Source: Gammaproteobacteria bacterium (GTDB taxonomy: Bacteria > Pseudomonadota > Gammaproteobacteria > Ga0077536). Taken from it: 64,000 bases of DNA. This document shows, in pieces, positions 1 to 8,401 of the stretch (positions within the stretch are counted from its first letter, which is position 1; the number at the start of each line of letters is the position of its first letter). Under the pieces are notes generated by a model. That model searched no databases and was not told the origin of the DNA. It saw only the letters and a list, made by a program, of their open reading frames with translations. The translations under genes were made by a program, and so were the position numbers. Location of the stretch: contig CAXXLL010000003.1 in NCBI GenBank assembly GCA_963662545.2, forward strand, positions 1,376,001 through 1,440,000. The letters run 5' to 3'.

Positions 1-1
1 C

Positions 2-667
2 GTCTACCGCTTGCGTAACGCCTTCGATCTCGATGCCGACCCCCTGTTGATCAACCAGCATCTCGCGACGGACCGCGTATTACGGGATGCCATCGCCGCA
101 CGGCCCGGTCTGCGGGTCGTCGGGAATTGGGATCCGTTCGAACAGGCCGTGCGCGCCGTTCTCGGTCAGCAAATAAGCGTGACCGCCGCGCGGAACCTCG
201 CGGGACGCCTGGTTGCGCGATGGGGCGAGCCGGTGGCGATCGACGGTGAAGACGAACTTCGTTTCGCGTTCCCGACACCCGCACGCCTGGCCGACGCGGA
301 CATCGCATCACTCGGCATGCCGAGGCGTCGCGGCGCGGCCGTCTCGGCCCTGGCAAAAGCGGTCCTGGCGAATACTGATTTTCTCAATCGCGGGGCGTCC
401 CTGAATGAAGACCTGCGGCGGCTCGAAGGACTGCCCGGGTTTGGAAAATGGACGGCGAATTACATCGCCATGCGCGCCATGCGCGAGCCGGACGCATTTC
501 CCGCGAGCGATATCGGATTATTGAGGGCCTTGGCGCAGAAAGACGGCCGGCGTCCGACGCCGGACGAAGCGCTCGTGCGGGCAGAACGTTGGCGGCCGTG
601 GCGGGCGTATGCGGCGCAACATCTGTGGGCAAAGGACGCGATTTCAGGTGGTGAGGTAAAGGCTTAG
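2..667 (+). CDS. alkA: DNA-3-methyladenine glycosylase II (AlkA family, likely the C-terminus of an Ada-AlkA protein); 5' end lies outside the window
   Basis: Motifs DPFEQAVRAVLGQQIS, HhH LPGFGKWTANY, DAFPASDIG and WRPWRAYAAQHLW; the frame is open back to the window edge. Confidence 0.9.
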   Translation, partial: VYRLRNAFDLDADPLLINQHLATDRVLRDAIAARPGLRVVGNWDPFEQAVRAVLGQQISVTAARNLAGRLVARWGEPVAIDGEDELRFAFPTPARLADADIASLGMPRRRGAAVSALAKAVLANTDFLNRGASLNEDLRRLEGLPGFGKWTANYIAMRAMREPDAFPASDIGLLRALAQKDGRRPTPDEALVRAERWRPWRAYAAQHLWAKDAISGGEVKA

Positions 668-685
668 TTCGCCGAGCAGGAGGAC

Positions 686-1243
686 GTGACGATGACGACG
701 AAAACCATGCGATTCAGGGTCGATCGCCTGACGTCCCCAGTGGGCAAGATGTTGATCGTACAGGACGACCGCGAGCGCTTGCGCGCGCTCGACTGGGAGA
801 ATTACGAGGACCGTATGATCCGCCTCTTCGACCGCTACTACGGCAAGGCCAATGTCGAATTGATCGATGGAGACGGTAGCGGTCGTGTGGTCGAAGCGTT
901 GACTCGCTATATCGCCGGTGATCTGGACGCGATCGACAAGCTCCAAGTCGAGACGCAAGGCACCGTGTTCCAGCGCCGGGTGTGGCGCGAGCTACGCCGG
1001 ATCCCCTGTGGAGAAACCTGGACTTACGGCGAACTCGCCCGTCGTATCGGCAAACCCCGGGCGTCCCGCGCCGTGGGCCTCGCGAACGGCGCTAATCCAA
1101 TCGGCATCGTCGTGCCCTGCCACCGGGTGATCGGCGCCGATCACAGCCTGACCGGCTACGGCAGCGGTCTCGAGCGCAAACGCTGGCTGCTCGAGCACGA
1201 GGGCGTGAGCCTCGATGGGTCGCGACAAATGTCGCTGGTTTAA
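686..1243 (+). CDS. ogt: Methylated-DNA--protein-cysteine methyltransferase
   Basis: Active-site PCHRV, GTVFQRRVW and RAVGLAN motifs; AGGAGG RBS; follows alkA. Confidence 0.95.
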   Translation: MTMTTKTMRFRVDRLTSPVGKMLIVQDDRERLRALDWENYEDRMIRLFDRYYGKANVELIDGDGSGRVVEALTRYIAGDLDAIDKLQVETQGTVFQRRVWRELRRIPCGETWTYGELARRIGKPRASRAVGLANGANPIGIVVPCHRVIGADHSLTGYGSGLERKRWLLEHEGVSLDGSRQMSLV

Positions 1244-1263
1244 AGGGAAGACACCGCGGCTGA

Positions 1264-1677
1264 TCAGATAGGGACGTCCCAATCGACCGCGGCGCCGAGC
1301 ATCGCTTTCACCTCGTCGGGAGTCGTCATTTTTTCGAGCGTGACCGGCTTCACGCTTACGCAGACCAAGCGCGCTTTGAAAATCGTGCGGTCGTCGACTT
1401 TTCCGATGAAACCAAAGTCAAATGAGGTCGTGCCGTAGCGGACGACCGCCGTATCGACCTTAAGTATGTCCGCGTCGCGCGCTGAACTTTTCCACTCGAC
1501 GGCGGAACGCACGATCATCCACTCCCAGCCGAGTTCGCGGTAATTACCTTTGGGAGACACGCTGCGAACCCAGATCTCGGTCGCCTCGTCAATATAGATC
1601 ATGTAGTTCGCAAAATAGACCACGCCCTGCTGATCGCATTCGCCGTATCGGACGCGTAACTGATGTTGGTAAGGCAT
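1264..1677 (-). CDS. Acyl-CoA thioesterase (YbgC/4HBT hotdog family)
   Basis: RVRYGECDQQGVVYFANY motif; start set at MPYQHQ. Confidence 0.85.
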   Translation of the reverse strand: MPYQHQLRVRYGECDQQGVVYFANYMIYIDEATEIWVRSVSPKGNYRELGWEWMIVRSAVEWKSSARDADILKVDTAVVRYGTTSFDFGFIGKVDDRTIFKARLVCVSVKPVTLEKMTTPDEVKAMLGAAVDWDVPI

Positions 1678-1741
1678 CGATATTTTTCCTGTCCAATCCC
1701 GACGGCTTGACGACACGACAGAGAATCGTGACCCTTGTCCT

Positions 1742-2350
1742 ATGCTCACCATCGACGAAATTCGAACTGCAATTCAGAGCCGCCCGCATGAACCGGCGGC
1801 ATTCCGAGCGGACCCCAGTCACGCCTGCGTCGCCATGATTCTTGCAGGTGATGATAACAAGCTCGATGCGTGTTTCATTCGACGAGCCGAGCACGAACAC
1901 GACCCGTGGTCGGGCCAGGTCGCATTTCCGGGTGGTCGTGCGGAACCGAGCGACAAGGATGCGGCATCGGTGGCGGAACGCGAGACGTTTGAGGAAATCG
2001 GGGTGCGACTCGAACCGCACCATCGCATCGGTCCGCTGCCGATCAGGCCGATACAAAGGCGCGATAGGCGCATCGACATGACCCTGTCGCCCTTTGTCTA
2101 CTACGTCGGCGTCGACGGGCATGCGACGGCAAGCGTACGCCAATCCCGTGAAGTGGCGAGCGTATTCTGGGTGCCGCTAAAGCATTTATTTGACGAGGCT
2201 GCGACGACGGAGCTGGAGTATCCCTTCAACGGTCAACTGACCACTTTTCCGGGTATTCGTTTTGAAGATCACGTCATCTGGGGCCTGACGCTCCGCGTTC
2301 TCGAAAGTTTTGCGGATGTGATGAGACTTTCTTTGCCCGCGCTGGACTGA
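1742..2350 (+). CDS. Nudix hydrolase, CoA pyrophosphatase type
   Basis: WSGQVAFPGG, Nudix box AERETFEEIG, IWGLT. Confidence 0.9.
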   Translation: MLTIDEIRTAIQSRPHEPAAFRADPSHACVAMILAGDDNKLDACFIRRAEHEHDPWSGQVAFPGGRAEPSDKDAASVAERETFEEIGVRLEPHHRIGPLPIRPIQRRDRRIDMTLSPFVYYVGVDGHATASVRQSREVASVFWVPLKHLFDEAATTELEYPFNGQLTTFPGIRFEDHVIWGLTLRVLESFADVMRLSLPALD

Positions 2351-2377
2351 CTTTACCGGTGGAGATCCGGGCAGCGT

Positions 2378-3280
2378 TTAATGAAGCGCCGCCTTGACGG
2401 CCTCTACTTCGTTTCGAGACTCTTCGAGTTTCTCCAGCGCCGTTTCACCCGTCAGCTTCAAGCGCTCGAGAGCAGGGATGGTGTCGAGGTCGACAGTATT
2501 CTCGACGCCTTTCCGGTGACGTGCCAGCAGATTGGCCACGGTGATTACATCGGTCAGGTCCGCAGGCCCTACATGTGTGCGGTCGAGGGTCTCATGTTCG
2601 TCGATCGCTTCGACGAGGGCCGGTGGAAAATCCCAATCCTCGAGGATCGCGCGGCCGATGCCGGTATGCCAATCGGCGATAATGTCCTCGATCGCTTCTT
2701 TGTCCTCGAACAATTCGGGGGAATCGCTCATCCGCGAGTAGACATAAAATATTCCGATGTCATGGATGAGTCCGGCCAGCACCGCGTCTTCCGGATTGAC
2801 GCATCTGGCGCTTCGCGCCAATACACAGGCAATGGCGGCGGTTTCAACGCTATGCTCCCACAAGGCCCGTAATTCACTACGCAATACGATGTATTTCTTC
2901 GCGTTCATGATTTGGCGCGTCGCCAGCGCCACCGCCAGGTTTCGCAACATGTCGAAGCCGAGGCGATTGATCACGGACGTCAGATTGGAGAGAGGCTCGC
3001 CGCCGCGCTGTAGCATGACGGAGTTCGCCATTCTGAAAAGCGTGGCGGTGAAAACCGGCTCGCTCTGCACAACTTGAGCGACGAGTTTCGTGGTCGCCTT
3101 GGGATCGTTTAAGACCTGCTGGATCTGGATGACCGCGTCAGGGAAAGACGGGAGGTGCAGGGTGCCCGTCATGAGTTCATTGGCCAATCGTTCCACGAAC
3201 CGAAAAACGACGTCGGCCTCGCCTATATCGGACGTGTCTCGGGAAATCGCGGTTGCATGACTCATGGTGGAGGCATTCAT
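2378..3280 (-). CDS. HDOD domain protein
   Basis: LPSFPD, ANS, LWEHS, GLIHDIG and H-x-x-IG...W-x-FP motifs; start codon uncertain. Confidence 0.85.
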   Translation of the reverse strand: MNASTMSHATAISRDTSDIGEADVVFRFVERLANELMTGTLHLPSFPDAVIQIQQVLNDPKATTKLVAQVVQSEPVFTATLFRMANSVMLQRGGEPLSNLTSVINRLGFDMLRNLAVALATRQIMNAKKYIVLRSELRALWEHSVETAAIACVLARSARCVNPEDAVLAGLIHDIGIFYVYSRMSDSPELFEDKEAIEDIIADWHTGIGRAILEDWDFPPALVEAIDEHETLDRTHVGPADLTDVITVANLLARHRKGVENTVDLDTIPALERLKLTGETALEKLEESRNEVEAVKAALH

Positions 3281-3459
3281 TGAGGTGCGGTCTCCTGGAC
3301 CTGCATGGACGGTCCCATTCAGACGGATCACGGCTCTTCGTACACGCTAGAATTTATCGGCCTCAGGCGCGGGATCTTGAGGCTGCCGAGACTTCGACAG
3401 TGGGATATTCGTTGAACACCAACGTACGTGCGGGCCCGGCCGACCTCAAATCCGGCAGG

Positions 3460-3954
3460 TCAGAATCGTCCCTTGACGTTCGGCTTTAGCTGGATGTGAA
3501 AGGTCAGCGCCTCGATCATCGCTCTTGCCCTGGGGGTGGATTCTCCGAATCGCACGACCAGATCGAGATTCGTCTTGAGCGGCAGTTCGCGATCGGTATT
3601 GATGCGGAACAGGGTGGCGGCTCGTTGGTTCGGCGTCACGGCGTGATCGAAGGCTCGAGTGAACAATAATTCGCCGCGCCGAAAAACATCGATTGAATAG
3701 CTGACGCTCACTGTTTCGAGTGACCCGCCTCGATCATGCGGCGCGCGTTCGAAATAGACCTCCGCAAAATATTGTCCCCGGCGGGTCAGGTAAAGCGGCA
3801 AGGTGACCTCGGGTTCGGCCGCGAACGCAACGGTGTGATTGAATACGATCGAATTCGGCCGCGTCGGCCCCTCGGTCGCACCGACGGGCAAACCGAAGGT
3901 CACGAGTAAGGCGGTCAGAATGACCCCAGGAATGATTAATCGTAAAACCGACAT
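3460..3954 (-). CDS. Hypothetical exported protein
   Basis: 164-aa ORF with a hydrophobic signal-like N-terminus. Confidence 0.5.
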   Translation of the reverse strand: MSVLRLIIPGVILTALLVTFGLPVGATEGPTRPNSIVFNHTVAFAAEPEVTLPLYLTRRGQYFAEVYFERAPHDRGGSLETVSVSYSIDVFRRGELLFTRAFDHAVTPNQRAATLFRINTDRELPLKTNLDLVVRFGESTPRARAMIEALTFHIQLKPNVKGRF

Positions 3955-4010
3955 GGAAATAATCCTGACTGAACGTGCTGGTTTAGAGTCCGGTCATCGC
4001 GTGAAGTTCT

Positions 4011-4074
4011 TTCGCTCGCAAGCGGGCTCCTACGGAGGCGCCGTTCATGTAGTAGGAGCCCGCTTGCGGGCGAA
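4011..4074. repeat. GTAG-type REP doublet (REPIN-like)
   Basis: TTCGCTCGCAAGCGGGCTCCTAC (4011-4033) and inverted GTAGGAGCCCGCTTGCGGGCGAA (4052-4074). Confidence 0.8.
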
Positions 4075-4150
4075 CCATTCACGGTCCACCCGGCACCTTT
4101 CGTCGTCGCTGCTGTCGAACAGCTAGTGCCCTCGACATGGAGGTAAACCC

Positions 4151-4624
4151 ATGCGGCACCTGATCGTCAGCTTCGTCTTGATCGGTCTACCGCCTTTGGG
4201 AGAGGAGGCCCTGCCCGCCGCTCCGCTCGACGTTGAGGTCGGCCGCCAGGCGGTCGAACTGCGCAAACCGCTGGTGGTTCGAATGGAGGGCGCGCGGCTG
4301 ATCCTGTTCGTCCGCGACCTGTCCGGTCTCGATATCGCCGATCATGGCGCGCGCGACGCGCTCGAATGGGCCGTGCCTACGGGTTCGGTCAGCGCCTATT
4401 TGACGGGCGCGGACGGTCGGCAGCTCAAGCTTGAACACACGGGATATTCCTACTACCGCGGCGTTAGAGGATTGCTGCTCACTCATTCAAACGGAGCCGT
4501 CGACAAGACGCCGGAACTCTACCGCCAGCTTGAACTCGATGCCAAATTTGCCCTAAAAGGCGTGCGTTTGGTGTGGTTGGACCGCGGCGCCCGCCAGGTC
4601 TGGGACATCAATCCCGGCCTTTGA
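4151..4624 (+). CDS. Hypothetical exported protein
   Basis: GGAGG RBS; signal-like N-terminus. Confidence 0.55.
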   Translation: MRHLIVSFVLIGLPPLGEEALPAAPLDVEVGRQAVELRKPLVVRMEGARLILFVRDLSGLDIADHGARDALEWAVPTGSVSAYLTGADGRQLKLEHTGYSYYRGVRGLLLTHSNGAVDKTPELYRQLELDAKFALKGVRLVWLDRGARQVWDINPGL

Positions 4625-4653
4625 GCACGGACTTAAACGATCGACTCAGGCTG

Positions 4654-4818
4654 CTAGTGTGCCGTCCCGTAAATATATTCCACAATTCGCTGGTTCTTTT
4701 TGCCCCTGGCGGCGTTGCTCGTCGGAGTGTAGAGCCCGCTACACGGCGTCCTCGCGCCTTGCCAGGAACAAAAATTCCTGCGCGACTTATGAAATATATT
4801 TACGGGACGGCACACTAG
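4654..4818. mobile_element. MITE-like non-autonomous element, 165 bp
   Basis: 26-bp perfect terminal inverted repeat CTAGTGTGCCGTCCCGTAAATATATT (30/32 when extended); no credible ORF; sits between convergent genes. Confidence 0.75.
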
Positions 4819-4838
4819 GGAATCGTAGCTAAACGGGC

Positions 4839-6257
4839 TCACACGCCGATCGAGGGTCGCCGGCGGCCCGCGTCGGAAAGGGTTTCGAATGCGTGGGCCA
4901 ACTGCAGCACGGCGAAATCCTGCCACCTCGGACCGACGATCTGCAAGCCGATGGGTAAACCAGATGCCGTGAATCCGGCCGGCACGGAAATCGCGGGACA
5001 GCCGGTCACGGTGATGGCATAGCACACGCCCATCCAATCCAGATAAGTTTCCATTTCGACGTCGTTAATGCGTGTGACCCACTCCTGCTCGACGGGAAAG
5101 GGCGGCACCTGCGCCGCGGGACAGAGCAGATAGTCGTAACGCTCGAAAAATGCGGCAACCCGTTCGATCAATGCCGCTCTTTCAATCTCGGCCCGCGTGA
5201 TGTCGTCGACGGTGAGGGCCAGGCCTTTTTCGACGTTCCAGGCGACCGTGTCCTTGAGTTCATCGCGGTGCTGCCGGTAATCGTCGCCCAGTTTCACCGT
5301 GAACAACCACGCCCGCAGGGTCTGGAAGATTTCATCCGCACCGGCGAGGTCGGGTTCGGCACGTTCGATGGTGCACCCAAGCACCTCGAATGCCGAAAGT
5401 TGGCGTTCGAGCACGTCCACCACTTCCCGATCGACCTCATAGCGCCCAAGATCAGGTGACCATGCCAGCTGTACGCCTTCCCAATCGGTGGCAAGAGCAC
5501 GGCGGAAAGATGCCCCGGGCTCGGGTAGCGATATCGGCACACGCGGATCGGGGCCGGCCATAACCGAGAGCAACAGGGCGATGTCTTCGGCCGATCGGGC
5601 CATCGGGCCCGCCACGCCCAGCGGATCGCTGGAAAACGATCGCGGCCAGCTCGGGACCCGCCCGGGACTCGGCCGGAATCCAAGGACGTTGCAGAATGAC
5701 GCGGGGTTTCTGAGCGACCCGCCGAGGTCACTGCCGTCGGCGATCGACAGCATCCCACAGGCCAGCGCCACAGCCGCGCCGCCGCTGCTGCCACCGCAGG
5801 TTTTGCTGAGGTCGTAGGGATTGCGGGTGGCTCCGAACACGGTGTTAAAGGTCTGCGAACCCGCGCCGAATTCGGGCACGTTGGTTTTGCCGATGACTAT
5901 TGCACCGGCCTCCTTCAAGCGCTTGACGATCAATTCGTCGACGTCCGGCACGAAATCACGGTAGATGGGCGAGCCGAAGGTGGTCCGGATCCCCTTCGTG
6001 AGGACCAGGTCTTTGATCGCAATCGGCAGACCATAGAGTGGCTTGTCGTCAATGTCTTTACGTTGCTCATCGAAGCTTTTCGCGGTTTCCCTGGCTGCCT
6101 CGGCATCCAGGCTGACGATGGCATTGACCTGCCCGTTGACGGTTTCGATGCGTGCCAGAGATGCATCCATGAGCTCGGTGACGCCAAGCTCGCGCCGCTT
6201 GATCGAAGCCGCGAGCGCCGCGGCGGAACGGTAGTACAAGGGTTCGAAATCGCTCAT
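4839..6257 (-). CDS. Amidase (amidase-signature family)
   Basis: PIAIKD, GKTNVPEF, GGSSGG and GSDLGGSLRNPA catalytic motifs. Confidence 0.95.
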   Translation of the reverse strand: MSDFEPLYYRSAAALAASIKRRELGVTELMDASLARIETVNGQVNAIVSLDAEAARETAKSFDEQRKDIDDKPLYGLPIAIKDLVLTKGIRTTFGSPIYRDFVPDVDELIVKRLKEAGAIVIGKTNVPEFGAGSQTFNTVFGATRNPYDLSKTCGGSSGGAAVALACGMLSIADGSDLGGSLRNPASFCNVLGFRPSPGRVPSWPRSFSSDPLGVAGPMARSAEDIALLLSVMAGPDPRVPISLPEPGASFRRALATDWEGVQLAWSPDLGRYEVDREVVDVLERQLSAFEVLGCTIERAEPDLAGADEIFQTLRAWLFTVKLGDDYRQHRDELKDTVAWNVEKGLALTVDDITRAEIERAALIERVAAFFERYDYLLCPAAQVPPFPVEQEWVTRINDVEMETYLDWMGVCYAITVTGCPAISVPAGFTASGLPIGLQIVGPRWQDFAVLQLAHAFETLSDAGRRRPSIGV

Positions 6258-6310
6258 CTTCCCAGGGTCTTTACCGTGCGCGGTTTTGCTGCAGTCGTCA
6301 AAGTTGTCAA

Positions 6311-6368
6311 TTCGCCCGCAAGCGGGCTCTTACGGATTGGCACGCATAGAAGTCCGCTTGCGCGCGAT
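6311..6368. repeat. Degenerate GTAG-type REP doublet
   Basis: TTCGCCCGCAAGCGGGCTCTTAC with a decayed inverted partner; same family as 4011-4074. Confidence 0.6.
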
Positions 6369-6461
6369 TGACATGTTGGCGGTACATTCCCGAAAAATGC
6401 GCGGTTATACTTCGCGTCTCGTTAAACCATTAGGGACATTCTAATCCGTGGGGGAAACTCG

Positions 6462-7094
6462 GTGATGATGAAGAATATTGCGGGCGCGTTGGTCTTGATC
6501 TTTGCATCGAGCGGCGCCACGACGGCACTGGCGGAAGCGGATCTCGAACGAGGCAAGCAGTTCTTTCAGGTTTGCGTCGCCTGCCACGGCGCCAATGGCG
6601 AGGGCAACCAGTTGCTCAACGCGCCTGCCAACGGTGGACAGAATATCTGGTATGTCATGCGGCAGTTGAGAAACTTCCGCGCCGGCATTCGCGGCTCGGA
6701 TCCCAAGGATCTCTACGGCATCCAGATGCGCCCGATGGCGATGACCCTGTCGGACGATCAAGCAGTCGTCGACGTCGCCGCCTACATCGGCACTCTGGAC
6801 GTGCCGGTACCGCCCAAGACCGTGGAGGGCGACGTCGAGGCGGGTAAGAAAGCGTTTGTCACCTGCATGCCCTGCCACGGCGAGAACGGGGAAGGCGCCA
6901 AATCGCTCAACGCCCCCCGCTTGTCCCGACAGCACGACTGGTACATCGTCAGGCAGCTCAACAACTTCAAATCCGGTGTGCGGGGTGCACATGCCAAGGA
7001 CATCTACGGGCAGCAAATGCGGCCGATGGCGCAGATCCTCGCGACCGATGAGCAGGTCAATGACGTCGCCGCGTATCTCAACACGCTGAAATAA
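6462..7094 (+). CDS. Periplasmic diheme c-type cytochrome (c4-like)
   Basis: Signal peptide; CVACH and CMPCH; two internally repeated halves, each with QMRPMA. Confidence 0.9.
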   Translation: MMMKNIAGALVLIFASSGATTALAEADLERGKQFFQVCVACHGANGEGNQLLNAPANGGQNIWYVMRQLRNFRAGIRGSDPKDLYGIQMRPMAMTLSDDQAVVDVAAYIGTLDVPVPPKTVEGDVEAGKKAFVTCMPCHGENGEGAKSLNAPRLSRQHDWYIVRQLNNFKSGVRGAHAKDIYGQQMRPMAQILATDEQVNDVAAYLNTLK

Positions 7095-7141
7095 TCCGCG
7101 AGTGCGGGTTGTTTTGAATCGTGCGCGGCGGCGCGGGCGCT

Positions 7142-8086
7142 TCAGCCGACGCGTTCGGTGGCTGCGGCCCGGCCGACCTGAAGCGCGGCCTCGCGCCAAC
7201 GCCGGTTGTCGATGTAATCCTGCATCGCGGCCCCCTCGGTCTCGAGTTCGTCCATCCGCGCCTTCACGACGTCACCGATACTAACGATGCCCTTGAGCTT
7301 ACCGGCGTCGACGATCGGTATGTGGCGGATGCGGCGATCGGTCATACACGACATTAATTCCTGCAGCGTGTCGTTAGGATAGCCGACGATGACGTCGTGG
7401 GTCATAACCTTCGTGAGGGGTTCGGTCAAGACGTCTGCGCCAAACTTCGCCACCCCGATGACGACGTCCCGCTCCGAGAACACGCCGATCAGCTCGCCGT
7501 TCGAGTCGAGCACCACCGCGCTCCCAATCCGCCGTTCCGCGAGCAGCTTGTTGCCGTCGTAGACCGTCATATCCGGGCCGACCGAGATGACATCGGCCCC
7601 CTTGCTCTCCAGGATGTTCGCGGCCGTGACGTGAAATTCCCATTCGCCGGTATAGATTTCAGACACCAACTTGTCCATGAACTCTTTCGTGTACGGTTCC
7701 AGCGTCGGGTAGATACGAAAGCGGTCCGCGAGCGATCCGAGCGCACCGTATTTCGTGACCCATTCGAATTTCAACTGAATCGTGATGTTCTTCGGACCTT
7801 CTTCCATGCTCCAGGTCCGCAGCATTTTTTTTACCGGCAGAATGTAGTCCTCCGCTTCGACCTCCATGGTATAGCTCTTTTTTTCGTCCCAGGCGACGCA
7901 CTTTTCCTCCCACACGGCACCGCTTTCATGGTGCATGCGACGGACCAGTCCCAGTTGCTCGCCCGAGATCGTTTCCGCCATGACAATGAGGGGCGAGAAG
8001 GCCGTAAAGACATCGTGATCCGAGATGACCTTCCAGACGACGTCGGCATGGGCTTTGAGCTTTCTTTCGGCAACGTGACTTGGCAT
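7142..8086 (-). CDS. SRPBCC/polyketide-cyclase-like domain fused to a CBS pair
   Basis: N-terminal ADVVWKVISD...WEEKCVAWD; C-terminal GVFSERD, RIRHIPIV and GIVSIGDVVK. Confidence 0.75.
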   Translation of the reverse strand: MPSHVAERKLKAHADVVWKVISDHDVFTAFSPLIVMAETISGEQLGLVRRMHHESGAVWEEKCVAWDEKKSYTMEVEAEDYILPVKKMLRTWSMEEGPKNITIQLKFEWVTKYGALGSLADRFRIYPTLEPYTKEFMDKLVSEIYTGEWEFHVTAANILESKGADVISVGPDMTVYDGNKLLAERRIGSAVVLDSNGELIGVFSERDVVIGVAKFGADVLTEPLTKVMTHDVIVGYPNDTLQELMSCMTDRRIRHIPIVDAGKLKGIVSIGDVVKARMDELETEGAAMQDYIDNRRWREAALQVGRAAATERVG

Positions 8087-8401
8087 TGTTGCACCTTCCC
8101 GCACTTACTTTATGACAGTATTGCTCTCCCCCGGATCCGGGATCGCTCTGGGGCGGCGGCTTTCACCTGATTGCAATCTTGGCCTTATAATCCGGCACAA
8201 ACAAGGTTTATGCGCAAGGGCTCGACTTGAGCGGCGGGCGACCGGGGAGGGGTTTCGCGGGCAACTGGACGGTCGTAGAATGTGGTCAGGGGGGAGGAAA
8301 CCAGCGTCGAAAAACGCGGCTAAGCCATCGCGGCCGCATGGCATCATTCGGCTGCCCGAAATGATATATTCCGTTCCGCCTCCGACCGCTTTTGTAAAAT
8401 C

